A stretch of DNA of 50,575 bases from Lentisphaeria bacterium. GTDB taxonomy: Bacteria > Verrucomicrobiota > Lentisphaeria > JABSQK01 > JAWLHB01. Of this stretch, positions 1 to 10,008 are shown one piece after another. The position numbers and the translations under genes are program-made. Position 1 is the stretch's first letter. Every line of letters starts with the position of its first letter. The stretch covers positions 62,001 to 112,575 of the forward strand of contig JAWLHB010000025.1 of NCBI GenBank assembly GCA_041690595.1. The letters are read 5' to 3'. The notes beneath the pieces were generated by a model. It made no database searches. It saw only the letters and a list, made by a program, of their open reading frames with translations, and had not been told where the DNA came from.

Positions 1-1089
1 GAGCCAGTGGATCAGCAGATCTTTGACCAGGAAGGAGCCCACCAGCATGCGTACGCGATTGTGCATCCAGCCGGTGGTCCACAGCTCGCGCATCCCCGCA
101 TCGATCAACGGGTAGCCAGTCTGCCCCCGCTGCCACGCCCGCAGTGCCGCCGGCTCGTCCCGCCAGGGAAGCTGCCGGTACTTCTCGTAGAGCGGCTGGT
201 GATCCGTCTCCGGAAAATGGAGGAGCAGATGATGGGCAAACTCCCGCCATGCCAGTTGCCGCAGCCATGCTTCCTCGCCGCGTATCAGCCCCGGCCTCTC
301 ATGAGCCAGCGTGTACGCTCGGGCGGCATGCCAGAGCTGATGGGGGCTCAGCTCCCCGAAGTGAAGGTGGGGAGAGAGTCTGGAGGTGCCCTGCTTGTCC
401 GGACGATCCCGCGCCTCGGGGTATTCGCCAAGCGCTTCCTCAAGAAAACGCTCCAGCTTCTCGTTGGCCCCTGCTTCGCCAGGCTGCCAGTGCGTGCCGA
501 ATTCATCTGCCCACGCTCGCTTCGGCAGCAGCTCCAGTGCGTCCAGCGAGAGCGAATCGGGCCATGTTTCCGGTGACAGCCACCGCGTCGGCGCCTCCTC
601 GGGTTCCCGCGGCTCCGGCAGGCGACTGCATGCCTTGTACCAGGGGGTGAAGACCTTGTAGGGATTGCCATTCGCCGCGTGCACCAGCTCTGGGGGAAAG
701 AGAAGGTCGGCGGAATGCTCGGATACCCGCTGTCCGGCCGCGCGCAATCGCTCGGCAACGTGGCGTTCCCGCTGCCGTGCCACCGGGTCGCAAGAGGTGT
801 TCCAGGCCACCGCCGTGGCCCCGGTTGCTTTGGCAAGTTGCGAGAGCGCTTCCGGTGTCGGGCCACGGCGGAGTATCAACCTGCCGCCGAGGCGGCGCAG
901 TTGCCCGTCCAGGGCTTTCAGAGAATGATGCAGCCACCAGTTCGAGGCGGGGCCGGGAGCCCATGGGGCCAGCTCCTCCGGTGCCTGAATAACGACGGGA
1001 ATCACCGGCTCTCCGCGGGCCAATGCCCACTGGAGAGCCGGATTGTCAGCCAGCCGCAATTCCCGTTTCAGCCAGAGGAGGGTCGCCAC
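1..1089 (-). CDS. phrB: Deoxyribodipyrimidine photolyase (cryptochrome/photolyase family), 3' end runs off the window
   Basis: Translated by hand; absent from the ORF track because there is no stop in the window. GTG at 1089 gives MATLLWLKRELRLADNPAL..., then NPYKVFTPWYKA, then GQTGYPLIDAGMRELWTTGWMHNRVRMLVGSFLVKDLLIHWL, the FAD-binding signature. Starts 3 bp after the upstream stop codon. Confidence 0.93.
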   Translation of the reverse strand, partial: MATLLWLKRELRLADNPALQWALARGEPVIPVVIQAPEELAPWAPGPASNWWLHHSLKALDGQLRRLGGRLILRRGPTPEALSQLAKATGATAVAWNTSCDPVARQRERHVAERLRAAGQRVSEHSADLLFPPELVHAANGNPYKVFTPWYKACSRLPEPREPEEAPTRWLSPETWPDSLSLDALELLPKRAWADEFGTHWQPGEAGANEKLERFLEEALGEYPEARDRPDKQGTSRLSPHLHFGELSPHQLWHAARAYTLAHERPGLIRGEEAWLRQLAWREFAHHLLLHFPETDHQPLYEKYRQLPWRDEPAALRAWQRGQTGYPLIDAGMRELWTTGWMHNRVRMLVGSFLVKDLLIHWL

Positions 1090-1092
1090 GGC

Positions 1093-2259
1093 CTAGATCT
1101 GGTGCAGCGGGTCAGTTTGCAGATTCACCTTGACCTGCTTCTGGAAGGTCGACTCCCTCCGCTTGCGGGCGAGCAACGCGTCGTATTCGGCGCGATCGAT
1201 CGGCAGGTCGACCGACCGGCCAAGCTCCGCCGAAAGCCAGACGGCGTTGGCAATTTCGAGCGAATGGATGCCGTCTTCGCCGGGAGCGATGAGGGGCTCA
1301 CCATGCAGCAGGTGACGCGCGAAATTGCGAATAATGACGTAATGCCCCGTCTCCTGCTCGGGCAGGTCGATGGTTTCTTCGGTCATCTCGGGGTTCGCCC
1401 ACTTCGCCTCCGTCTCCCGGGTGAAGCGTGAGACTTCCGGGGTGAAGGTATACAGCTTGAGTTCGCCATTGCGCCAGCAGAGCTTGCCGCTGTCGCCATA
1501 GACCTCGATCATCTGTCCGGGGCCTGTCTCACAGGTCGAGCAGTAGAAGTAGCCGGTGCCCCCATCTTCGTAGGTGAGCATCGCTTCGGCGACATCTTCC
1601 ACTTCGATATGGTGCATGCGGATATCGACTCTGCCGAAGACGCTCCTGGGCTTTCCGCCGAGGAGCACGAAGAGGTCGAGAATGTGCGGCGACTGGTTCA
1701 TCATGACGCCACCACCTTCGCCCTGCCATGTCGCCCGCCAACCGCCGGAATCGTAATAGGCCTGCGTGCGGTATTCCGGCGAGATCATCGTGGTGCGCTG
1801 GATTTTTCCGAGTTTCCCGGAGCGGCAGATCTCGATCGCCTTGGCAAAGGCGGCCTCGGTGCGCCGCTGGAACATGATGCCGAAGCCGACGCCGGTTTCA
1901 CGCGCCGTGCGGATGATCTCGTCGGCGCTGGAGACGCGCTCCGACAAGGGCTTCTCGCAGAGACAATGCAGCCCCGCCTTCATGCAGTCGATGGCCACGT
2001 CGGGACGCGGCGGATGAGGAGTGGCAATGGTGACCGCTTCGCACAACCCTGACTCGATCAGAGCCTGATGGCTCAGGAAATAGGGGACTCCATACTCTTC
2101 GGCGACAGCCTTGGCGGTTGTCTCGTCAACGTCGCAGATCGCGACCAATTGCGCTTCATCGACTTTTTCGGCGATGGCCTTGCAGTGGCCTTGTCCCATG
2201 CCGCCGGTGCCGATCACCGCTACTCGTACTGGATTGCTGACCTTCTTTCCGCTGCCCAT
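1093..2259 (-). CDS. Gfo/Idh/MocA family oxidoreductase
   Basis: Rossmann motif VAVIGTGGMG, CEKP motif, GGGVMMNQSPHILD; GGAG RBS upstream. Confidence 0.92.
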   Translation of the reverse strand: MGSGKKVSNPVRVAVIGTGGMGQGHCKAIAEKVDEAQLVAICDVDETTAKAVAEEYGVPYFLSHQALIESGLCEAVTIATPHPPRPDVAIDCMKAGLHCLCEKPLSERVSSADEIIRTARETGVGFGIMFQRRTEAAFAKAIEICRSGKLGKIQRTTMISPEYRTQAYYDSGGWRATWQGEGGGVMMNQSPHILDLFVLLGGKPRSVFGRVDIRMHHIEVEDVAEAMLTYEDGGTGYFYCSTCETGPGQMIEVYGDSGKLCWRNGELKLYTFTPEVSRFTRETEAKWANPEMTEETIDLPEQETGHYVIIRNFARHLLHGEPLIAPGEDGIHSLEIANAVWLSAELGRSVDLPIDRAEYDALLARKRRESTFQKQVKVNLQTDPLHQI

Positions 2260-2670
2260 GCTACCAACTCCTTTACCAGGTGACTACAGTGGGGTTCGCT
2301 TCAATGTAGCACCCCACCTCGCCATTGGCTTGCCATACAGGGATTTTTCGGACAACTCGGCAAGAAATAGCTCAGTTCTCCGCCGGGACCACGGCCAATC
2401 GAGATTTACCATTGGTGCTGTCGCCGGCAAGCAGACGATCGAGCATGGCCGTCAGCTGGAGGCTGTGGCGAAAGTAGGATTCATTGAGATAGGCGCAGGC
2501 CTGGCAAGCAGGTAGGTAAGGAGTAGACGTATGGCTGTATCCTATCGGATTGGGAAGATGTTTTGGGGATGACAGGTGTCTCAAACAGCTTTGGCCTTTA
2601 TGGGTTGGGAGATTACATTAGCGCTCATCAGGTAACACCCGTATGTAACCTCTTGTGGTGGATCTCCGGC

Positions 2671-5600
2671 ATGTTTCAACGGCTCTGGGCGCTGAGCGCG
2701 ACCAAGTTTCTCAGCAATCTGAACGACAACGCCTTCAAGACACTGGCGATCTTCATTGCGGTCAGTCATCTGGAAGGGGACAAGGGAGCGCAGGCGGCGG
2801 TCATCGCTTTCGGCTCGATCGTCTTCATGCTGCCGTTTGTGGCCTTTCCGACGGTCGCGGGCTGGATGAGCGACCGGTTTGCGAAGCGGCAGGTGATTGT
2901 CGGCGCCAAAGTGGCGGAGGTGGTGATCATGCTGCTGGGGGCGGTGGCCCTGGCGCGAGTGGATCAGTTCGGGCTGGGGCTGCTGTTTGTGGCGGTTTTC
3001 ATGATGGCGCTGCAGAGCACTTTTCTGAGTCCAGCGTTCCTCGGGGTGTTGCCGGAGGTTTTTACGGAGCGTGAGTTGAGCAAGGCGAACGGGATCGTCG
3101 ATCTGGTGGCCTTTCTCGGCATTATCCTGGGCTGCGGGCTGGGAGGTGTGATCAAGATATCGGTTCTGCCGCCCTGGCTGTATGGCTTGCCGTTTCTGGC
3201 GGCGGCGGGGGTTGGCGTCGTCACGGCCCTGCGTATCCCCCGTACGCAGGTGGCGCGCGCCACCGAACCGATAGGCTGGCACCTGGTGACGCGCTACTTC
3301 AGCGACATGAAGTTGATCGCGGTCTCGCGGCCGGTGCTGCTCTGTGTGCTGGGCAACGCCGTCTTCATGTCCGTGGGAACGCTGATTCTGGCGTCGCTGG
3401 TGAGTTTCGGGGAGCAGGAGCTGGGGCTGCATGAAGGCCAGATTGCGGCGCTGCAGGTGGCCTCGGCAATCGGCATCGGCCTGGGGTGCTTCATTGCCGG
3501 CAGTTTTTCGCACGAAAAGGTGGAGTTCGGGCTGGTGCCCATCGGCTGCTATGGCATGACCATCTTCTTCATCAACCTGTGGCTCACGCTCACCTTTCAC
3601 TGGGCGCTGGTCAATGTCTTCATGATCGGCTTGTTCGGTGGCTTTTTCGTGCTGCCGCTGATCGTGTACATTCAGCAGCGCACGCCGGAAAGTGTCCGTG
3701 GCCGGACCCTTGCACAGACCAATGCGGTCGCCTTCTGGGGGGCGCTGATCGTCTCGGTGCTGATGCTGGTGCTCACGGGGGGCATGACGGAGCAAACGAC
3801 CGAAGCGATGGACTTCTGGGCTCGGGTGCGAGCCAATTTCTTCTTTGTGCTTGGTCCGCGGGAGCTGTACGCGGGGGCGGCGGTTTTTCTGCTCGTCACG
3901 TCGAGCTATGTGTTCTACCTGCTTCCCGATTTTCTGATCCGGCTGATGGTGGTGCTGATGACGCGCTTCTGCTACAAGCTGCGCGTTTACGGCCAGGATC
4001 GTCTGCCGCGTCGCGGGCCGGCACTTCTGCTGGCCAATCACGTCTCGGCGATCGACGGTCTGCTGCTGACCGCGGCCAGCTCCCGGCGGCTCTATTTCGT
4101 CATCAACGAGGAGACGGCGCGTCATCCACTGGTGAAGCCATTTGCCAAGTGGGCGCGCCTGATTCCGCTGGCCTCCTCGCAGAATCCCAAGGGGCTGCAG
4201 CGGAGCCTGGATCGCATTCGGGCGGTGCTGCAGGGCGGCAGTGTCGTCTGTGTTTTTCCGGAAGGGGAGCTGACGCCGGATGGGATGATGCTGGAGTTTC
4301 GCCGAGGGTACCTGAAAATGCTGCCTGAAGAGCTGGAGGTACCGATCATTCCGGTGCATATCGGGTTGATGTGGGGAAGTATCTTCAGCAGGCGTTTCGG
4401 GGAGATTCGGCTTCGGCGGCCCCGCCAGTTTCCGTATCCGGTCATCCTCTCGTTCGGAGCGCCGTTGTCGCGAAACGCCACCCCTCACGAGGTACGCCTG
4501 GCCATCCAGGAGGCGGGCAGCGATGCCGAGTCGAACCCTACGCCCGGCGAGCGGGTTCTGGCGGAGCAGTTCATCCGCCTGGCACACCGCCAGCCCTTTC
4601 GAAAGCTGTTGGCGGATTCGAGTGGGACCGAGCTATCAGCGCTGTCAGCGCTCATCCGCGCCTACGTGCTGGCTGCCGAAATCCGACGGGACGCGGAGAG
4701 CAGCGAAGAGTACATCGGCATCATGCTGCCGCCAACGACTACCGGCGCGATCATGGCCATTGCCGTCATGCTCACCGATCGCATTCCGATCTACCTCAAC
4801 TTCACCGCCAGCCGAGATGGTCTTCAGTATGCGATCGCCACCTGCGAGATCAAACGTATCTACACCAGTCGGGCTTTCATCGAGAAGGCGGGGCTGGAGG
4901 CTCGCGACGAGATGATCTTTCTTGAGGACAGGGCCGCGGGGATCGGCAGGGGGGCCAAGCTGGGTGCCGCGTGCCGCGCTCTCTTCCTTCCCGCCGCGCT
5001 TGCCCGCGGCAGCTATTTTCCGCGCACGGGGCGCACCGTTCACAACGTCGCCACCGTACTTTTTTCGAGCGGTTCGACAGGCGTGCCCAAGGGAGCTGTG
5101 CTAACGCATCACAACTTCACGGCCAACGTCAGCGCGACGTTGCGCATCCTGGGATTGGAGAAGAGCGACCGCATGCTGGGCTCGCTGCCCTTCTTTCACT
5201 CATTTGGTTTTCTGGCGACGCTGTGGCTTCCCATGACGTGGGGTGTACCGGTGCTATATCATCCGAATCCCGTCGATGCGGCCACGATTGGCGAGCTGGT
5301 CGAGAAGCACAAACTGTCGGTGCTCTTTGCCACCCCCACCTTTCTGCAGGGCTATGTCCGCAAGTGCAGGCCCGACCAGCTTCGCAGCCTGCGGATCGTC
5401 GTCACCGGTGCTGAAAAGCTGCGCCAGGGTATTGCCGACAAGTTTGCCGAGACCTTCGGCGTGGTGCCCATGGAGGGCTACGGCACCACGGAACTCTCCC
5501 CGGTTGTTTCCGTCAACATGCCTGCTCGCTTCGACCAGATCGGCAAGGCGGTGGGCCGGCCCGGTTCGGTCGGCAAGCCGTTGCCGGGCATAACGGCCCG

Positions 5601-6150
5601 GATTGTGGATCCGTCCACGCTCCGGACGCTCGCCATCGAGCAGGAAGGGCTGTTGTGGATCAAGGGGCCGAATGTGATGCGTGGCTATCTGCGAGAGCCG
5701 GAGAAGAGTGCAGAGGTTCTGCATGACCGCTGGTACGACACTGGTGACATGGCCAGGATCGATCGGGACGGCTATCTCTACATCACCGGCAGGCTGTCCC
5801 GCTTCAGCAAGATCGGCGGGGAGATGGTACCCCACATTGCGCTGGAGAACGAGATCCATCACGCGCTCGGCAGCCGCGATACCCAGGTGGCGGTGACCGC
5901 GGTCCCGGACGACAAGCGCGGCGAACGGCTGATCATCCTGCACCTTCCCCTGCAGGTGGCGCCAATCGAGATCATCGCGCGGCTGCGCGAGCGGGGACTG
6001 CCCAATCTCTGGCTGCCGAAGGCCAGCGACTTCCACCAGATCGAGTCCATCCCGCACCTGGGGAGCGGCAAGCTCGATCTCCGCTCCATGCAGGAGCTGG
6101 CACGCGATGCGGCCAACAGCGCCTCCGATTCCGAAGAGCAGCAGACCTGA
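2671..6150 (+). CDS. aas: LplT-type MFS + PlsC acyltransferase + AMP-binding fusion (acyl-ACP:phospholipid O-acyltransferase / acyl-ACP synthetase)
   Basis: N-terminal MFS (LSNLNDNAFK, GWMSDRFAKR), acyltransferase motifs ANHVSAID and FPEG, adenylation motifs FSSGSTGVPKG, EGYGTTE, YDTGD and GRLSRFSKIGGEMV. ATG 2671 preferred over the ORF-track start at 2563. Confidence 0.92.
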   Translation: MFQRLWALSATKFLSNLNDNAFKTLAIFIAVSHLEGDKGAQAAVIAFGSIVFMLPFVAFPTVAGWMSDRFAKRQVIVGAKVAEVVIMLLGAVALARVDQFGLGLLFVAVFMMALQSTFLSPAFLGVLPEVFTERELSKANGIVDLVAFLGIILGCGLGGVIKISVLPPWLYGLPFLAAAGVGVVTALRIPRTQVARATEPIGWHLVTRYFSDMKLIAVSRPVLLCVLGNAVFMSVGTLILASLVSFGEQELGLHEGQIAALQVASAIGIGLGCFIAGSFSHEKVEFGLVPIGCYGMTIFFINLWLTLTFHWALVNVFMIGLFGGFFVLPLIVYIQQRTPESVRGRTLAQTNAVAFWGALIVSVLMLVLTGGMTEQTTEAMDFWARVRANFFFVLGPRELYAGAAVFLLVTSSYVFYLLPDFLIRLMVVLMTRFCYKLRVYGQDRLPRRGPALLLANHVSAIDGLLLTAASSRRLYFVINEETARHPLVKPFAKWARLIPLASSQNPKGLQRSLDRIRAVLQGGSVVCVFPEGELTPDGMMLEFRRGYLKMLPEELEVPIIPVHIGLMWGSIFSRRFGEIRLRRPRQFPYPVILSFGAPLSRNATPHEVRLAIQEAGSDAESNPTPGERVLAEQFIRLAHRQPFRKLLADSSGTELSALSALIRAYVLAAEIRRDAESSEEYIGIMLPPTTTGAIMAIAVMLTDRIPIYLNFTASRDGLQYAIATCEIKRIYTSRAFIEKAGLEARDEMIFLEDRAAGIGRGAKLGAACRALFLPAALARGSYFPRTGRTVHNVATVLFSSGSTGVPKGAVLTHHNFTANVSATLRILGLEKSDRMLGSLPFFHSFGFLATLWLPMTWGVPVLYHPNPVDAATIGELVEKHKLSVLFATPTFLQGYVRKCRPDQLRSLRIVVTGAEKLRQGIADKFAETFGVVPMEGYGTTELSPVVSVNMPARFDQIGKAVGRPGSVGKPLPGITARIVDPSTLRTLAIEQEGLLWIKGPNVMRGYLREPEKSAEVLHDRWYDTGDMARIDRDGYLYITGRLSRFSKIGGEMVPHIALENEIHHALGSRDTQVAVTAVPDDKRGERLIILHLPLQVAPIEIIARLRERGLPNLWLPKASDFHQIESIPHLGSGKLDLRSMQELARDAANSASDSEEQQT

Positions 6151-6252
6151 GGAAGAGGCAAAGAGAGGTCGTGGCTACTGGACTCCCGGCTCAATGCGTG
6201 CTTCATTACATTTTGCAATCTGCGCATGCTTTGATGGAAAAGAAGGGGCGAT

Positions 6253-7815
6253 ATGAACGGGCACAAGGTATTGGGAGTGGCGCGAGCGTGGTTCAGTGGC
6301 TTGTTCCATACGACGGAAGGTCTGAGCGAGGCTGATGTCGAAAAGGCGGACCGGATCTTTGTGTCCGAGGGCGTCTCGGCGATGGCGATGATCACCCTGC
6401 AGGGCGGCGTCTTTCTGATCGGCTTCGCGCTGGCGCTGGGGGCTACCAATTACGAGATCGGCTTGCTGACGACGATTGCCTTGCTGGCGCAGTTTGCGCA
6501 ACTGGGTGGACTGGCGCTGATCAAGACGTTCAGGAAGCGGCGGGGGATCATGGTCCTGTCCGCGGGCATCTCGAGATTCCTGTGGGTGCTGATCATCCTG
6601 ACGCCGCTGCTCTTTCGAGGGCGTGGATTTACGGCCGTGCTGATGTGGCTGATCGCGCTCTCGGCAATTGGTGCCATGGGAGTTCCCTCATGGAATTCGC
6701 TCTTTCGCGACCTTGTGCCGGATGAACGGCGGGGGCGATGCCTGTCACGGCGGCTTGCCTGGGGGACGGGGCTGGCCCTCGTGCTGACGCTGGCGGGTGG
6801 CTGGTTCGTGGACTGGTGGCAGATACAGTTTCCGGCTGAAGGAGCCATCGTTGCGTACTCGATCATCTTCGCGCTTGGCCTCGCCTTCGGCATACATGGT
6901 CTGGTGCTGCTGGCCAGGCTTCCGGAGCCTCAGCTGCACGACACCAGCGGCGAATCCATCTTCGCCTCCCTGCTGAAGCCTTTGCGCGACAAGAACTTCC
7001 GGCATCTGCTCTGGTTCATCGGCATCTGGAGTTTCGGCGTCAATATGGCGGCGCCCTTCTTCATCGTCTACATGCTCAAGCGCCTCGGTCTGCCTCTCTT
7101 CTGGGTCACCACCCTGACTGTTCTCAGTCAGCTCAGCAACATCCTCTTCCTCAATATCTGGGTGAGGCTTTCCAACCGCTTTTCCAACAAGTCGGTGCTC
7201 GGCGTCAGCGGCTTTCTCTTTCTGCTGGCAATTCTGGGCTGGACCTTCACCACGATGCCCGATCGCTATTCGCTGACCGTGCCGTTTCTGATCGCCATCC
7301 ACGTGTTGAGCGGGATGTCGGTGGCGGGCGTGAGCATCAGCAGCAGCAACATCGCCCTCAAGCTGAGCCCCAAGGGTCAGGCGCATGCCTTCATGACGGT
7401 CTTCGGTCTGGCAGCCAGCGTGACCGGTGCCTTCGCGCCGCTCATCGGCGGAACGCTGGGGGACGTCTTCGAGCTGCGCCAGCTGTCGATCCCCATCCTC
7501 TGGTCGTCACCGGAGGCGGAGATGGCCATCCAGGCGATCAGCCTCCAGGGGCTCGACTTCGTCTTTCTGCTGGCCTTCATCCTCGGGTTGTATTCGCTCC
7601 AGCGGCTTCGCTCCGTAACGGAGGAGGGCGAGGCTTCGGAGCGTGAAGTCATGGACGAGTTGATTCAGGAAATGGCCACCCCGTTGCGCAGTCTCTCGAC
7701 CGTGGCCGGGGTGCGGCGCCTGATGTATTTGCCACTTGCGGCGGTCGGCAAAACCGTGGCCCGCGTGCGCCAGCGAGCCAATGGCGAAGAACCCCCGGAT
7801 CCCACCGAGGAGTAG
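6253..7815 (+). CDS. MFS transporter
   Basis: 520 aa with about 12 hydrophobic helices and MFS-like loop motifs (DLVPDERRGR, LSNRFSNKSV). Confidence 0.85.
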   Translation: MNGHKVLGVARAWFSGLFHTTEGLSEADVEKADRIFVSEGVSAMAMITLQGGVFLIGFALALGATNYEIGLLTTIALLAQFAQLGGLALIKTFRKRRGIMVLSAGISRFLWVLIILTPLLFRGRGFTAVLMWLIALSAIGAMGVPSWNSLFRDLVPDERRGRCLSRRLAWGTGLALVLTLAGGWFVDWWQIQFPAEGAIVAYSIIFALGLAFGIHGLVLLARLPEPQLHDTSGESIFASLLKPLRDKNFRHLLWFIGIWSFGVNMAAPFFIVYMLKRLGLPLFWVTTLTVLSQLSNILFLNIWVRLSNRFSNKSVLGVSGFLFLLAILGWTFTTMPDRYSLTVPFLIAIHVLSGMSVAGVSISSSNIALKLSPKGQAHAFMTVFGLAASVTGAFAPLIGGTLGDVFELRQLSIPILWSSPEAEMAIQAISLQGLDFVFLLAFILGLYSLQRLRSVTEEGEASEREVMDELIQEMATPLRSLSTVAGVRRLMYLPLAAVGKTVARVRQRANGEEPPDPTEE

Positions 7816-7819
7816 CGGT

Positions 7820-8191
7820 AGGAACACGGACAATCCGGCGCTGGAGCGTTTCTAGGCGCGCCACTGCGCCACGCTGAAAGACTTTCGAGCGTGGGTGGCA
7901 GAGGAATATGCCTGGTTCAAGGTGGAGCAAAGGGACACGGACGGGAATGGACGTACACCGACACTGGAATGCACCACGCCGCCGGTCGAGTATGCGTGCA
8001 TGTCTCCTCGCGACTTCGGCGCAACTTGCGCCGCCAATGGCGCGTTGTCGTTATTGAATCTGTGCATTTACCTGGTCGGTCGCCAGTTGGAGGCTCAGGC
8101 GAAAGCGTTTGAAGAGGAAGGCGGCTTTACGGAGCGGCTCCATCGAATCCGCCAAGCCCGCAGGGGGAGAGCATGAGCCATGACCCGCGAC
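7820..8191 (+). pseudogene. 5'-truncated copy of the four-helix-bundle suffix gene at 10136-10828
   Basis: 7833-8191 aligns with 10485-10843, about 20 mismatches in about 359 bp by hand count. It lacks the N-terminal half and has an in-frame TAG (TTCTAGGCG vs TTCAAGGCG). Confidence 0.88.
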
Positions 8192-8526
8192 CTGACAATC
8201 CCGTAGGCAGACTGCGGGTCGCGAAGACGGTGACCCGGGTCCGCCAGTTAGCCAATGACGACGAGACCCCGAATCCCGGCGGGGAGTAGCTCAGACGGAA
8301 GGGCTGCTGCCGGCTCATCTCTCCTCGTACTGCCAACAGTAGCCGGACTTCGGAGGTGGGCTGTTACCGACTGTTCCCCCCGATCTCCATCACTGTGCCA
8401 GCTTGGTGCCGGCTTCGGTCCGCGCCTCTACATGGGCGGGGCGGTCCGAGGCCATGTCCACTTTCCTTGCCAATTCAGTCCAATGCCATGATCTGTCCGC
8501 GGAAGGGCTTTCGACGATTTCGCGTG

Positions 8527-8997
8527 CTCATAGAGCGCCTCCGTCGTTTGGACTGGCGTCCGCGTCCAGCCTGCGGAGGGTGCTCTTCCCTTTGGCGGTC
8601 AGACGGTATTTCTGCTTGGGACTGCGCGGCTTTCGATGAGGCCCAGTTCAAGGGCAGGATCAAGGTAAGCTTCCCGGAAATACCCTTCGTGGCTTAGGTT
8701 CAGCGCAGCCTGAATCTCCACCCGTTTCATCGGTTGCGCACATGCAGCCAGAAGCTGCTGGACTTGGTCGGTAACTCCCCCGGTAGCTTCCCCGGTAGCT
8801 TCCCCGGTAGCTTCCCCGGTAGCTTCCCCGGTAGCTTCCCCGGTAAGAGCTGATCTTGGAGGGGCGTGGAAGGTCAAGGTGACGCCGAGAGCAGGGTCCG
8901 ATTTCCACTCCGGTGCAGGAATACCATGTCTAGCGCACAGATCCTGCTCGAACCGAGCAGTCGCCGCTTCTGAGAAAACTTGCCTAGAACAGAGCAT
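8527..8997 (-). pseudogene. Remnant of an ATP-binding/RecG-C-type protein ending in a Fic-like C-terminal wHTH domain, frameshifted
   Basis: Reads DLCARHGIPAPEW...GVTLTFHAP, then (GEAT)n, then EIQAALNLSHEGYFREAYLDPALELGLIE. Relative to the paralog it lacks 16 nt (GTCGGGGATGGTCATC on + strand) near 8632, which shifts the KPRSPKQKYRLTAKG tail out of frame. Confidence 0.7.
8769..8845. repeat. 12-bp tandem repeat (CGGTAGCTTCCC)x5 plus degenerate units, encoding GEAT repeats
   Basis: Perfect units at 8781, 8793, 8805, 8817 and 8829. Confidence 0.95.
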
Positions 8998-9349
8998 TCA
9001 ATTGGCGCGTACAAGTTGAGGTTTCGACTCGGTGCGACATGACTATCTCGTAAGCCGACCGCAGCTTGCGGTTGCTGCCGACTCATCTCTCCTCGTACTG
9101 CAAAAAGTGGCCGGACTTCGGGGATGACTTCGGAGATGGGCTGTTACCGACTGTTCCCCCCGATCTCCATCATTGTGCCAGCTTGGTGCCGGCATCTGCG
9201 GTCACTTGTGCGGCCGAATCCTCAGTCCTCGCATAGAACATGGGCGGGCCGGTCCGAAGCCATGTCCACATTCCAGGCAAACTCAGTCCACGGCCACGGT
9301 CTGTCCGCGGAAGGGCTTTTCGACGATTTCGTGTTTCATTGAACCGTGC

Positions 9350-9745
9350 TCATAGAGCGCCTCCCGTGCCTGGATTGGCGTCCGCGTCCAGCCTGCGGAG
9401 GATGCTCTTCCCTTTGGCGGTCAGACGGTATTTCTGCTTGGGGCTGCGCGGCTTGTCGGGGATGGTCATCTCGACGAGGCCTATCTCAAGGAGACGCGCA
9501 AGTGCCTTCTTGAAGTTGCCGGTCCTGCTTCCGTAGCCCAAGGTGTTGAGCAAATCCGGCGTGCTGACTGATCCAGCGGCACAGCTTCGCAGCACCGCCA
9601 TTTCGGTATCGCTCATAGGCTCATGGGCCTCATGGGCCTCGACATGGGCCTCATGGGCCTCGACATGGGCCTCATGGGCCTCGGCTTCGGGGGCGGTCTC
9701 ACCCGGTCGCGTCCCAAACATGGCCCGAGCCAGGTCCGAGGCCAT
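9350..9745 (-). CDS. Small stand-alone Fic-like C-terminal winged-helix protein
   Basis: AAGGAAG RBS before ATG 9745; AHEAHVE linker; tail LLEIGLVEMTIPDKPRSPKQKYRLTAKG, typical of Fic/RecG-associated C-terminal wHTH domains. The start is uncertain: the frame is open to 9931 through a repeat tract. Confidence 0.7.
   Translation of the reverse strand: MASDLARAMFGTRPGETAPEAEAHEAHVEAHEAHVEAHEAHEPMSDTEMAVLRSCAAGSVSTPDLLNTLGYGSRTGNFKKALARLLEIGLVEMTIPDKPRSPKQKYRLTAKGKSILRRLDADANPGTGGAL
9622..9682. repeat. 21-bp tandem repeat (CATGGGCCTCATGGGCCTCGA) about x3, built from 9-bp subunits, encoding EAHEAHV
   Basis: Seen directly in the sequence. Confidence 0.92.
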
Positions 9746-9815
9746 GTCCACTTCCTTGTCCAGCTCGGGGATGAACAGCTCGAATGCCTTGCGCGTAAGC
9801 GGGTGCGACGCGGGC

Positions 9816-10008
9816 AGGAACACGGACATACACGGACGGCCACGGACGGCCACGGACGGCCACGGACGCACAGTGCACACACGGACGGCCACGGACGCAT
9901 AGGGCACACACGGACGAGCAATGACACACACGGACGGCGTGCTCGTGTGGTGGCGAGGTGCAATCCGGTGTCGGTGTAATGTCCGTGTACGTCCGTGTAC
10001 GTCCGTGT
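9816..10008. repeat. CACGGAC-based tract (about 10-bp period) followed by inverted GTCCGTG units
   Basis: CACGGAC(GGC) units run 9821-9935; GTCCGTGT(AC) x3 at 9981-10008 is the reverse complement, giving stem-loop potential. Confidence 0.92.

Larger units (their letters stand above)
8305..9481. repeat. Imperfect direct duplication, 8305-8643 vs 9073-9481
   Basis: Shared blocks include TGCTGCCG(G/A)CTCATCTCTCCTCGTACTGC, GGGCTGTTACCGACTGTTCCCCCCGATCTCCATCA, TCTGTCCGCGGAAGGGCTTT and GCTCTTCCCTTTGGCGGTCAGACGGTATTTCTGCTTGGG. Confidence 0.9.

Noticed and set aside
2372..2584. 70-aa ORF in the divergent intergenic region
   Set aside because: No recognisable motif or clear RBS; cannot be supported without a search.
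9816..10008. CRISPR array
   Set aside because: Units are 7-10 bp tandem repeats with no unique 30-40 bp spacers, and there are no cas genes.
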